Source of the DNA: Laetmonice hystrix
Lineage: Eukaryota
DNA: 60,000 nucleotides
Direction: 5' to 3'
Assembly: GCA_965235115.1 (NCBI GenBank)
Contig: OZ249436.1
Coordinates: 51,586,001 to 51,646,000 of the forward strand
Shown: one piece after another, positions 1 through 15,300 of the stretch
Layout of the letters: every line of letters starts with the position of its first letter
Position numbering within the stretch: position 1 is the stretch's first letter
Translations under genes and position numbers: made by a program
The notes under the pieces: generated by a model
Database searches by the model: none
The model's input: the letters and a program-made list of their open reading frames with translations, nothing else
What the model was told of the DNA's origin: nothing

Positions 1-474
1 GGGAGAACCCTGGGACCGGAAGAGCGGACGCACTCAAGCGTATCAATCATTACGAACCGGGACAACATTCCTCCACGGTGAGGTGACCTCATCAAAGGGT
101 CGACGACTCCATATAAGGAAGTCGCTTCCGTTCCTCGCGTCTCCCACAACTTAAGACACGTTCAATTGTCGGTCGACAAAGTAGGCCTAAGTGAGTGATG
201 CTGGGAAAGTACACCGCCAACCGCCTCAATATGTAAAAGAAAATAATGGTTATTATATAGGCCTATACCCTAAGTATAGATAATATTGATGCCCTTTTTG
301 TGGGATGAATGTCGATGTCCCACACCGCATAAGTCTAATGATAAGTCACATCTGAATGAGTTAATAAAGATGGATGGCATCTTAATTACTGCATACTAAC
401 TTTAACGACTAAGGCGTGTTTGCAGAAAAAGTTTCAGGCATATAGAGTCTATAATGCCGAAAAAGAAATTTATA

Positions 475-543
475 TACTCAAATTAAATGGTAGTAATCTC
501 CTGATATTTACTCAAATTAAATGGTAGTAATCTCCTGATAATT
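475..543. repeat. 34-bp tandem duplication
   Basis: TACTCAAATTAAATGGTAGTAATCTCCTGATATT x2. Confidence 0.9.
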
Positions 544-1367
544 TTCCTTTAGAAAGCGCACTCAACAGAAAACTCTTAGAAAGCCCCTATTAGAGAGATT
601 GCATGAGACTCAATGTACTTATCATAGATCAACGATTTTTTTATAGGTGAGCTAAATTATCCAATGGCACTGAAGGTAATTCTGAGTTGGAGGCCACCCC
701 CAGACCTGATACCCCCCCCCCCCACCCACCCACCCACCCACACATACCCCACGTACCCCCTGGTGGCTGTGGGCAGGCTGACAGACATTCAAAGTTGCAG
801 GGCCAGCTGATGCGAGAGCCAAGCCCACCGATCTCGAGCTTCAGTTTTTTTTTTTTTTTGGGGGGGGGGGGTCCTTGGGCCCCTCATCCCCGCTTCCGGT
901 GTATATACGCTTACCTAATCCCGCAATTAACCTATGATGTATAGTTGGAACTAATCCCCACGACTTACACCCCACCCGCTGCCCCTCCCGCCCCCCACAT
1001 CCTCAACCCCCACCACCTTTGAATCTCTACTCCTACAAATGACATCACCCTATAGATATCGCCGCGAACGCGTCTTACATCTGACTCGCTGTATATAGGT
1101 GACTAGCTATTTTATATCGCTCCGATATTCTTTATGCCTATACATTTCACTAAAGATTATCACTTTTTGACGGTGCATGGCGGTGCGTAGGTTACAACTC
1201 CGTCCTAGCACATGTGTGCAGCTGCATGGTTGTTTTCCTGTATAGGCCGTATACATATCTCATGGTACCGGGCCGCCACGCTGGGGGTTTTCTTTCATCA
1301 GCGCAGAACATCTAAAATCACATGCAAGTTCATACAGCCTAAATGACACCCTTTGAAGGGTAGTTAG

Positions 1368-1601
1368 CAGGCGCGGATCCGGGGGGGGTACGGGATCGTG
1401 CCCCCTCCCCTCCTCTCGGCCATTTTATAATGACAGGTGGTAATTTTCATCAATTTAATTTTGACCTTTAAAAGGTCGGCACCGAAAGCTCTTCAGTTGG
1501 ATGCTGAGAAGCCGGAAAATAACGTCTATGGTCTTTTATATTCCCAAAAATTTTCAGTCAGAGCCCCCCCCCCCCAAAAAAAAATCCTGGATCTGCCTCT
1601 G
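1368..1601. mobile_element. GGATCC-family MITE, 5-bp TSD GTTAG
   Basis: CAGGCGCGGATCC...GGATCTGCCTCTG ends; GTTAG at 1363-67 and 1602-06. Confidence 0.75.
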
Positions 1602-3910
1602 GTTAGAATATTTACACGCATGGGACAAAGGCAACACTCCGTGAGACGAGTGTCTTGTCCTACATATCAGATGTCGTGCTTTTTCTGTAAAATCAGTGCT
1701 GGTCAGACAAGCAGCACAAGGTAGTTTGCTTTTGTGGCACCATGCCAAAAGTACGAAGGTGACCAGTATACAAAAGGGAGAGAAAGCATTTCTACCAGAG
1801 AAGAAGGTGCTGTTTATAACACCTATACTCTGGCATCTTTCACGAGCAAAGCCCTAACACAGTATTACTAGACGTTGTCACTTCCAACGTCAAACGGTGC
1901 AGGTAGAGACGGACTGCAATCTAATTAAAAATCAATCTTGGTATTCCGCTTCTGTTCTGGGATGTGCTCATGCGAAATAACTAAAATCTAATTTTAATTA
2001 GATTGAGACTGACTGATTCAAGAGAAAGTATTACAGAAGTGGTCAGCCGAAAATAAAGCAAGAGCGAGGAAAAGTCGACTTCTCCTTAGACCCAGATGTC
2101 TCGACAGATTCGCCCCAATAATAATCTTTATTTTCTACCATTACGTTAAGCGAGAGGAAAATTCTATACCGGTATTCCCACTTCCTCCGTCAACCTAAAC
2201 TCTGAATCAGACCGCCGACCTATATAATAATATATGTCAACAATCGTCTAATCGGAAATGGGGTTTATTCATGGTTGGAGTACTCTGATATTGATGGTTT
2301 CATATAACGGAATGGCGGTGACGCGTGCAGCATCCCACGTAATTTGAGACAGCGCCTTGATATGTATGGGGACCACAAGATGTCATTTAGGGCATCATAA
2401 CCTGCTCGTGAACCTTCATCATCAAAGTGCAGGACTTCCTATAGGCGGGAGTTCTGTTCTAGGACAAAGATTAAATCATGTGTGTCCAGACCAATACAAC
2501 ATCCGGATGGAGGTGTTGACCCTGGTCCTATCCCTGACAGAATGTATAGGCCTAGTTAGGGATAGCCTTAAACTAGGGGCGTAGCTTGGCTGAAATAAAC
2601 GTGTACTTTTTTGCAGGGGATGGGGGGGGGGGTATTCTGTGTTGGCACATGACTGTCAACCCGGGTATGATTTTGAGGCTCAATAAAACGCACCGGTCGA
2701 AATAAGGAGCGTACTTTTTACTTTTTCTACTTCTGGTACTTTTTAGAATCTTCTTTCTTTCTTTTTCTTTTTTTTTCATTTCTGGGGAAAACGTGTAGTC
2801 ACGTGCCTACAGTGCCTAATGGAAGCTACCAAAGTGACGGTATAATTTAAAAGTGACAATAGGCCCTAGAGGAGCGTGTGCAGGATTGTGCAGTCAAAGC
2901 CCTATACACCATGCAGGAGCGCCAAATGCTACAGGAAAGTGTCAATATCAACCTATAAAAGAATGGGGGCTCTTGCATATAATTTATAGGCCACTGTAGG
3001 CTACAAACCGTAGGCCTACACTATTGTCCCTTATAGCATAATAGATATGAATACTCAAGATGTGTAGACAAGGCCTATTAGAACCTTTTCACGCTGGGGG
3101 TGCATGGTTGTCTCTGCAGTCTTTTACGAAATAGGCTACTAAAGGCGTATGCAATATTTACGAACACGCCAGAGCTAGGAGAAATCTACGGAAGCCCGTT
3201 CCTGCATTGGGATGGCTTAATGTAGTCACACATTATAATATTTGGACGACCGCCATTAGATAAACACACGACGGCCACCATGCAGTTAGATCTAATATTT
3301 CGGCTATACTAAACCGTCATTTGCTAGGCCTAACCCTCGGCTTACAACCCCCAAAAGTGGATCTAGGCTATGGCCTACCTTCTGCTCACCTGAGCAATTT
3401 CTAGTTTCATTAAAGTTTTGTGTAGACGTGTAAGATATCCTTGTAGACATATTTTTTGTCTACGTTTTCGTATAGCGTTACGTCATGACTGTATACGTGC
3501 ATGCATGCTGGCTGCGGCCGAGTTGCGACAAGCCTATAGGCCCTACAACGCCCGTTAAGGTGTGACACCATTCCGGGAAAAGTTTCAAATGTTGTGTTTA
3601 TTCTACAAGCGGACCTTGATCCACTTTACTCATGAGGAAACTGGGTAAACAACCCGCAAGTGTCGTGATTCTCGGGCCAGGCTCTACCATCCCGTCTCAA
3701 CATAATGTGTAACACATACCGCGTCATAGTATAGACATAGAACGGCAAAAACTACAATATGATGATGTTGGGTTTCCCCGGATGATGAACCTGTGTCTCT
3801 GATGGCCAGAGGCCTTCTGTATTAGAAAGGAGCGCCAGTTTGCCAGGGATCCCGCCCACCCCCTAACGGTATACGTCATGTAGTCTATACCACTCGGCCA
3901 CTTAATATAA

Positions 3911-4186
3911 CATGGCCGGATCCAGGATTTTTTCCAAGGGGGGGGGAGAGGGTGCAGTCATCTAGTCTGAGAAACTCAGACTATATATATTCGTTCAGTA
4001 TAGTCATGACAATCAGTCGTCCAGTATTCCTAATTTTATGGGATATCGGTTAATTACCGTTTTAGATTCCAGATTTATAGAACTACCGTTGTTCTTTGAG
4101 GAAAGAATGGAATTTGACAACTTTTCTTTCGGGGGGGGGGGGTTCTAAGGGGGTTGCAACCCCACAACCCCCTGGATCCGGCCCTG
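3911..4186. mobile_element. GGATCC-family MITE, 5-bp TSD TATAA
   Basis: CATGGCCGGATCCAGG...CCTGGATCCGGCCCTG ends; TATAA at 3906-10 and 4187-91. Confidence 0.75.
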
Positions 4187-4247
4187 TATAACGTAATAGG
4201 CCCTAATATTATAAGGTCCAACAAAAACACGTAACGGGATGAGGGCC

Positions 4248-4380
4248 CTTTACTGGGGGAAAGTAGGCTATATGGAACGAGATGCTTGGCGCATGAATAC
4301 GGCACGACACCGAAGCTGGAGTGCCGTAGACCATATTCATGCGCCAGGCATCGAGTTCCATATACTTTCCCGCAGTGAAG
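4248..4380. repeat. Palindromic dispersed repeat (related copies at ~23820-23950 and ~26720-26845)
   Basis: Arms ...GGGAAAGTA(GGCTA)TATGGAAC.AGATGCTTGGCGCATGAATA / TATTCATGCGCCAGGCATCGAGTTCCATATACTTTCCC. Clear by-eye alignment to the two other loci. Confidence 0.75.
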
Positions 4381-5806
4381 TAACCGAATCACGTTAGCGT
4401 ACGTGTTATATGCGCTTGAATTATTTCTAATTTGAGGAAAAGAGCCAACAGTAGACTCTAAACAAGAATTAACAACAAATAAGCATCTATCCGCGGGACC
4501 ACGCGTTCCATACGGACCACCGTATGGCACCCCCTCCCCCCCCCCCGAATGGCACTTTTTGGCAGATAGAATGCGCATAATCCTAATAGGCCCTAATTAT
4601 TGTTCGCAGGCAGGCAAAATGGTTGCCATCTCTAAAATTCAACGTACACTATGCCTAGCTGTACATGTCGAAGTACGTATTTGACCATTGTCCTTTTGTT
4701 TACTTTTGGGCCAGGCTTCCAATAAACCATAGATGTGTAACACATCTATGAATAAACGTTATAAATCTACAGTGCTCAGCTCTGAATAAAGAAACCCGCC
4801 TTTTTTAAATATTAATTTTTAACATTAGACGTCCCTAAGGCCGTGAGGACTAGATCTATTGCTCGGCATAAGAATCGTCGTTATCAATATCCAGTAGGTT
4901 AATACCAATGATCACCAAACACCTTTTCAAAATGGACAAATCTTTGATTCCTGAATGCATTCGGGGGCCACTAGCCGATATTACTCTATTACCCGACTAT
5001 TCCTGCAATTGTCACGCCACACGAAGCATACAACTCCAGGTCCGTCATGCATATTCTAACAAGACCCCTTGACGATAGGCTAGGTTATATATGCACATAG
5101 CCTTGCTACGGTTAGATACACATACCACAACAGGTTACGACTCATACACGTATGGGGACCAATCAGATGGATGTGTGGCGCTTGTGGAAACTATGACAAT
5201 CTTCAGCAAATAGAGTTTTTAGAATATACATCGCTAAACATTTTCTTCCTTTGGCTTTCCGAACAGACAAGTAGGCCTACGATGGAAGCGATGTGTGTAT
5301 CAGCACCGGATTCAGGTAAGCACCAAAAGGGGTGCATGGTGGCTGGTTTGGATCTAGCAAACAAAAAGAAACAAAAGAAAACCAACAAATTAACACTAAC
5401 TGAGTAAGCCCTATTATTAAACAAAACAGGGGTTCCCAATCGCAGTCAGTTTGTGTCTCCGTCCGTCCGTCTATCCGACTGTCTGTCTCAGGCTGTCTGT
5501 CTGTCTCTCTCCCTCCCTCCTTCAACTACGGAAATTAGGCCTACATTGTGAAGCCGCCTTTTGATGATTTCTAGAACTACAGGCCTATATGACCAATACG
5601 TTCTTGGTGACGCGAAGAAACGCGCCAGTAGGCAGCTAATTCCGCCAAACGATATCTGTGTTATATTTAGCAGGGGCGCGTCCAGGATTTGGTAAAGGGG
5701 GGGGGGAGGAGGGGCATTTGCTAAGCCTATAGCCTAAGGGGAGGGAAGTCAGCAGGGTCAATCTATAGAGCGGTCTATGCTTGCCCCATGGCCGAGATCC
5801 TCGCCG

Positions 5807-5889
5807 GCCAGTTGCATGACGGTCCGTTCGTTAAAATTCTCATTGAAAATACATGGGGAAATTAACGAACGGACAGTCATGCAACTGGC
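5807..5889. repeat. Short inverted-repeat (MITE-like) hairpin
   Basis: 28-bp arms GCCAGTTGCATGACGGTCCGTTCGTTAA / TTAACGAACGGACAGTCATGCAACTGGC, 1 mismatch. Confidence 0.7.
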
Positions 5890-6544
5890 AGGGCCAGAGA
5901 GAAGCACAATCATTATGGATCTCAATCCACGGAAATTATATAGTGTGGCGCCGCCTGTTGATAATTTCTGACACTATGTAGCCTACAGGCCCGTATACCC
6001 GGCCCGGTGGGTTCTGTTGGGGACCCCCCCCCCCCCCCCAAACAAACGAGCCTGACATTTTACACAACATTCTTGTTGAGACGGAGGATAGCACACGTTT
6101 GTTTTGATTTTGGCCGCCAGTGGGCAGCACCAATCATCAACTTGTCTTCGCCAAACGACATCTGCATCAACGAACGAAGTGAACTGGAAAATTACCGCGT
6201 TTTGGTAAGGCCTAATTCTGATATGTCGGCAGTACACTTAAATAAAGTTAGATGCTATGAGATCGCATGATATAATACCAAATATTTCTCGCTTGAATAC
6301 TAATGAGAATTTTGCAGGTAGGCTATCATTTATTCGAATTACATAAGCGGCTAATTGAAGGTTGTGCACTGCCCCCTGGCGTCCGCCTGCCATGTCATGA
6401 ATATACAGCACGACCTGCGCCCACCCTCCACCCCAGTCAGTGTATCGAAATTTGGTCTGACCGTCCTAACTGTGAATATGTTACTGTTTGCTCCCAGTGG
6501 GAACACTGGGTCTCCCCCCCCCCCCCCCCCAACAGTTAATTCTA

Positions 6545-6644
6545 CGGTGGCGGATCTTGAGCTTAGCTTTACTCTGTTTCCCATAGACCCCTCTTTGCCA
6601 GATCCCCCCATGGACCCCCCTCCAAATTCCTGGCTCGGCCCCTG
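6545..6644. mobile_element. GGATCC-family MITE, 5-bp TSD TTCTA
   Basis: Degenerate TIRs; TTCTA at 6540-44 and 6645-49. Confidence 0.6.
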
Positions 6645-6805
6645 TTCTATGAATATCTTTTATAAAACTTCGTACACAATCGTATGTCCATACTGAATTT
6701 ATTGGGAGGCCGAATACATATCCTGAGACAATTATAGGCCTGCGCTGATATACATTTCCTGGGTCAACCAATCGTGATGAATAAGGACTCAGTCCCGTTT
6801 CAGGT

Positions 6806-10658
<3,853 letters not shown>

Positions 10659-10674
10659 CTTGAAAGCCGGGGCC

Positions 10675-10686
10675 GAAAGGAAGAGA
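10675..10686 (-). promoter_or_regulatory. TCT initiator / 5'TOP tract of RPL3
   Basis: Minus strand reads TCTCTTCCTTTC ~27 nt upstream of the exon-1 ATG. This is the typical pyrimidine start of ribosomal protein mRNAs. Confidence 0.8.
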
Positions 10687-12252
10687 TACGCCCTAATAAT
10701 TGTGCATTGCGCGTCATCATCCTGGTACATCCGGTTATTGCCACGTCTGAGTGCCTGGCACACGCACGCGGTGTTATACAGACAGAAACAGATCAGATTC
10801 ATGTCGTTCATTCACCCTCATTCACAAACAAAAGGCAACTGTTACAGTAGCAGTACTTCCCACTTCAATCCATGAATCATATTGGTTAGCATCAGCAGTC
10901 TATATACCTTGCATCCCTAGTCTTGGCAGACCTTTCTAAAACATAAAATAAGCGAATATAGCCGCCAACATTCAAGGTACTCTGAAAACCACCCCACATA
11001 TCTCTACAGTAATTATGAAACTTATCGACTTGTTTTGCCTCAGACTTATAAGAGATAATTTTTATGAAGAAATGTCCAGAATGAAAACATGCAACGGGCG
11101 CCACCTATAGTAGTGATATTTTTTCGATATCATTTAGCCCCGACACAGACATCCAATATTTGGAGCCTAATGACGAAAAGAGGGTGAAAAGTTGAGATCA
11201 AAATGAAATTTTAAAAACATACATATCAAAACATTATGGGAAGACGAACGAGGGGTAGATGATTAGATTCATACACGGTAACATAGGACCTATACCGTTC
11301 GTTTCGGACTTAGGCCAATACAATGGCGGTAGACATATACCATACGTCATGTGCCTTTTGGATAAATGCCTTGCGACATATAGGCTACATTTGACCGTAA
11401 AGTGCACAGACGACTGCACATATAGGTGGCACTCGGTGAATACCTGTAGCTTGGAACGGTTGGCCTTGTCCTCCGTGCTGTAGGCCCTCCACGGGCTGGG
11501 ACATGCTCTGTTTGACCCTCACTGACGAACGCAGTATAGGTGCACCTCTCGGCATAGGCCTGCGGAGTACGCCACCCAGCGTATTTACAGAGTCACGTAC
11601 AACTTTCGTTTATATAACTGTTTTAGTGAAACAAAAGAGACGTGGATGTTTCTCTACAGGAAACAAACATCGCACACGTATGTTAAGGATACAAAGTATA
11701 CCAAGTATTAGAGAAAAACAAACCTTGGATACCAACCTGGTAGGTCCACCGTATTCAGCCAAAAGGATACGTCTCCGAGAGCTGCACGACTGAAGGGCAG
11801 GCTGTGAACATTCATGGACAAAGAATTCATGAAGTGACTTTCTCTATCTATAGGTACGTTGAGACGTCCGTAACGTTATATAAGGAATGATCTATTTTCT
11901 AATAACATTGATTCCCTGAGATTAAATGTGTCGTCTGTGTCGCCATACTCACGAGCCGAGAGTTATAGGATATAGGAGGACCGCAAGTCATGCATCCAAG
12001 AGGTTGTTCCTTTTCCTAGTATGAACTATGATAGAGCAGTGTCTGCAACTATATTTTTGTTTTCCATTTCCCTTCAATATCCTTTGATCACAGACACCTA
12101 GTAGAACGATACACATGCATGCCCCAGGCCAATGTATGGTTAGTCGGTTGGTTGGATTGTTGGCTAATATATAGGCTACCTATAGTCTTCCTTTAAACCG
12201 GGAAGAGATTATTATTATTACTAAGGCACCCTATAACAGTCCTTCCAGCAGC

Positions 12253-12262
12253 TATATAAAAG
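12253..12262 (+). promoter_or_regulatory. Candidate TATA box of the kinase gene
   Basis: TATATAAAAG ~70 nt upstream of a candidate first-exon ATG (12324), which is followed by a consensus donor G|GTAAGT at 12336/12337. Confidence 0.45.
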
Positions 12263-12323
12263 GACATGCGGACAAGTAAGGGTTAGGCCTGTATGTGTAT
12301 ATATGTAATAATAAGGATCAAAT

Positions 12324-15300
12324 ATGTTCAAGACTGGTAAGTATACATATACCTATCATCACCGTTCCTATATTTGGTGCCCCGCCTTCAAGAATCTGAG
12401 AAAATGTCAGATGTACTTTACATCAGGAAAGCGTTGAACTTTTTGATAATGGCTTCACTGATATCGCCAATTATGGAAAGAAAATCATATCCTATAGTAC
12501 TAACTTTGATGATTATCACTAACTAAATACGGAAGCTATAACATGAAACTGCACGGAATGGCAAGTATAATCTACCGTTATATAACATGTTTCTTTCATC
12601 AGTTATTTCGGAAAGATAAACAACAAATCGGTACCTAACGTGTTTTGTTTTCATTATTCTAGAGGTGGTGTGTGCAGTATCCTACTCCACGAGCTCTGAA
12701 GCCAACACGATGAGCTTCACGACATCCACCCTTGGTCCGGACGTGACCACGGAGTCAGAGGGCGGCCTTGACATCCCCCTGCTCGGTATCACAGCCGGAG
12801 TGGTCGGGGGCGCCATCATAATCTTCATCATTATCTGCGCCGTCGTCTGTGCGTATTGTCTTCCGAAACGGAAAAAGAAGACGGCAAAAGCCAAGGCCAA
12901 AAAAGCCATGAAAAATGATGTGGAGAATCCGCCGAAAGGCCTGGAGAACCTAGCTGGCAAGACGAAAACCGTACACCGTACGTTTGCAGTCATGTTTTCC
13001 GAGGGGGTGTTCACCAAGAAATACGGGCGACAAGGAGAAAATGTTTTACTTTATGTCATGTGAAACAGACCATTTTAGGCTTTAGGGAGAAGAGCCTATA
13101 TGCAGTGATCTCTATAATTCATACCAACAGTCACAGCCAAATTTATTTTGGGGTTCTTCAGTATAGCGTCTATATTCATGAAATAATTGTTTTGTCAAAC
13201 ATCATTATTCGAAATGTTTAGAACTCGATTATTCTTTAATGCGATATAATCATAAGACGTATGCTCTTCTTATTACTATATCGCTAATATACTTTACAAC
13301 CTCCAGAAAATCAATACGTTGGACAGAAAAACAAAGAGATGGTGGGCGCCTTAGATCACGAGGTGCCGTCTGGTTCCATGGTGGCCGAATCGTACATTAA
13401 CGAGGAGGTCTTCAAGAGCAAGAAAAAGGTCAACCCAAGAAAGGTACTGAAGAAAAAGATGAGAAAGGAATTGAAAGCATGGGAGATCGATCAAAAGAGA
13501 TTGACAACAAAGGAGATAATCGGGAAAGGTAAGTAGGCCTAAATCCCATGCCCGGGAGGGGGCGTTGATATTCGTTTATTTACCACTTGTATACAGGTTT
13601 CTGTACAGAGCCTGAAGGTTGTTGATACGGCCCAGTAACCAGTTAACACTATGGCTACGTTAAAGAAACATTAAAAAAATACATAACAATCATCAGAATC
13701 TGACTGGAGCTTAAAGCAAGCAATTAAACAGTGAAGACAGTACCGTGTATACCAACTATTTGACGTAGTATATACGAGGTAATAAGATGATTTGTAGAAT
13801 ATTATTGCTGTGTCATTGCATAGATTTTCATTTCTTTACGGTTGAAGAACATGACAGTCTATGCATGAAATCCTTAAGTCCTGCAGCGATGGTGACCCAC
13901 TTTATGACTACTTTCACTATATACTCGCTGAATAGAGTTGCTAAGCCTGTCACAGAACCTAAATATTATGTTGTAAAGATCAGTTTAAATGTGTCACTTT
14001 GCTTGACATGCACACAAATTTCGCATTTTTACGAGTATAAAGGGTTGAAGGACATTTGGTTATGAACTCTCAAAAGATCCATGACATTCTTTCTTTATTC
14101 CGTATATCTTGCATTACTTTAGGTCAGTTTGGAGTGGTCTACAAAGGACTCCTTCTTGACAAGCAGTTCAAAATACGTTCTTGGGTAGCAGTGAAGACTA
14201 TGGCAGGTAAATGAATTATGCGATAGTAAGAGTCTATACAGGCCTACCATACTTTAACCTACCATACTTTAAGCTTTTATCATAATATCTCGATCTGTAG
14301 AGCACAACTAGATAAAGAAACACATTGACTGTGCCAAAGTCGTTTTCTGTGCTAACCTGTATCGAATGGCACACGTATCTTGCATGTGCATGTATTTGAA
14401 TGCATAGTTTGTGATATACTTCGTCCGAGACAGTTTACCGATAAGGGGCGGACCATTTCATACTGGGGGGGAGCTATGATTTTGAGCAAACTATTTTGCC
14501 CCCAGGCCAAAGCTATCCCTTTTTCGCTATATACCGTATATGACCATTAATCAAACTATTTTCTCCATTTCGACTACACTATATATATTTTTTACATATG
14601 GAACAAACTATTTGTTTTATGTAGTTTGAGGAACAAACTATTTTTCCCCCTACTTTTGGTGAACAGATTTTTTTAAATAGCCCCCCACCGACGTATCAAA
14701 TGGTCCGCCCCTAAACTGACCTCCAATGACCTCATCCTGCGGTGTATCCAAACAGGCCCTCGGCTCGTCCTGTGGTGTATCCAAACAGGCCCTCGGCTCG
14801 TCCTGTGGTGTATCCCAACAGGCCCTGGCCCTCGCATGCTCTCAGTTTCTATTGTTTTCAATATCCAACAAAACCCGGAAAGCGAGCGCTGCGTTTGTTA
14901 TGATTCAGGACTTGCCTAAACCATGACTGCTGGGTATACGGTGTGCTAGTTCTACCGTTTAATTAGTATTCGCCACCGAGTCAGTAACTAGCCTCAAGAT
15001 TTTCGCCCCCACACCATTGGTGTGGTAAGAAAGCGAGAGCATGACATTTGCCCACCACTTTTTTCCCACACGGTTCTGTCTGTCAGTTACAGTAACAATA
15101 TAAAGGAGTGTTGCTGGATGTTTACTGGTCAGTGATTACTATTGTCGACAAGTCACAATCGATGTTTTTCTCTCCACAGGCCAGGTTTCACAAAAGGAAA
15201 TGTCCAAATTCTTGGCTGAAGCTTTGTTCACAAGAGACTTTGATCACGAAAACGTGTTGACAATGAAAGGCGTCGTGATAAAGGATAACCAGCCTTGGGT

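Noticed and set aside
1..153. Open frame at the window edge (GEPWDRKSGRTQAYQSL...)
   Set aside because: Too short and unrecognised; the upstream context is missing.
2265..2533. Minus-strand ~90-codon frame with one internal TAG, ending at AATAAA
   Set aside because: No recognisable homology and no partner exons; it cannot be supported as a gene or pseudogene without a search.
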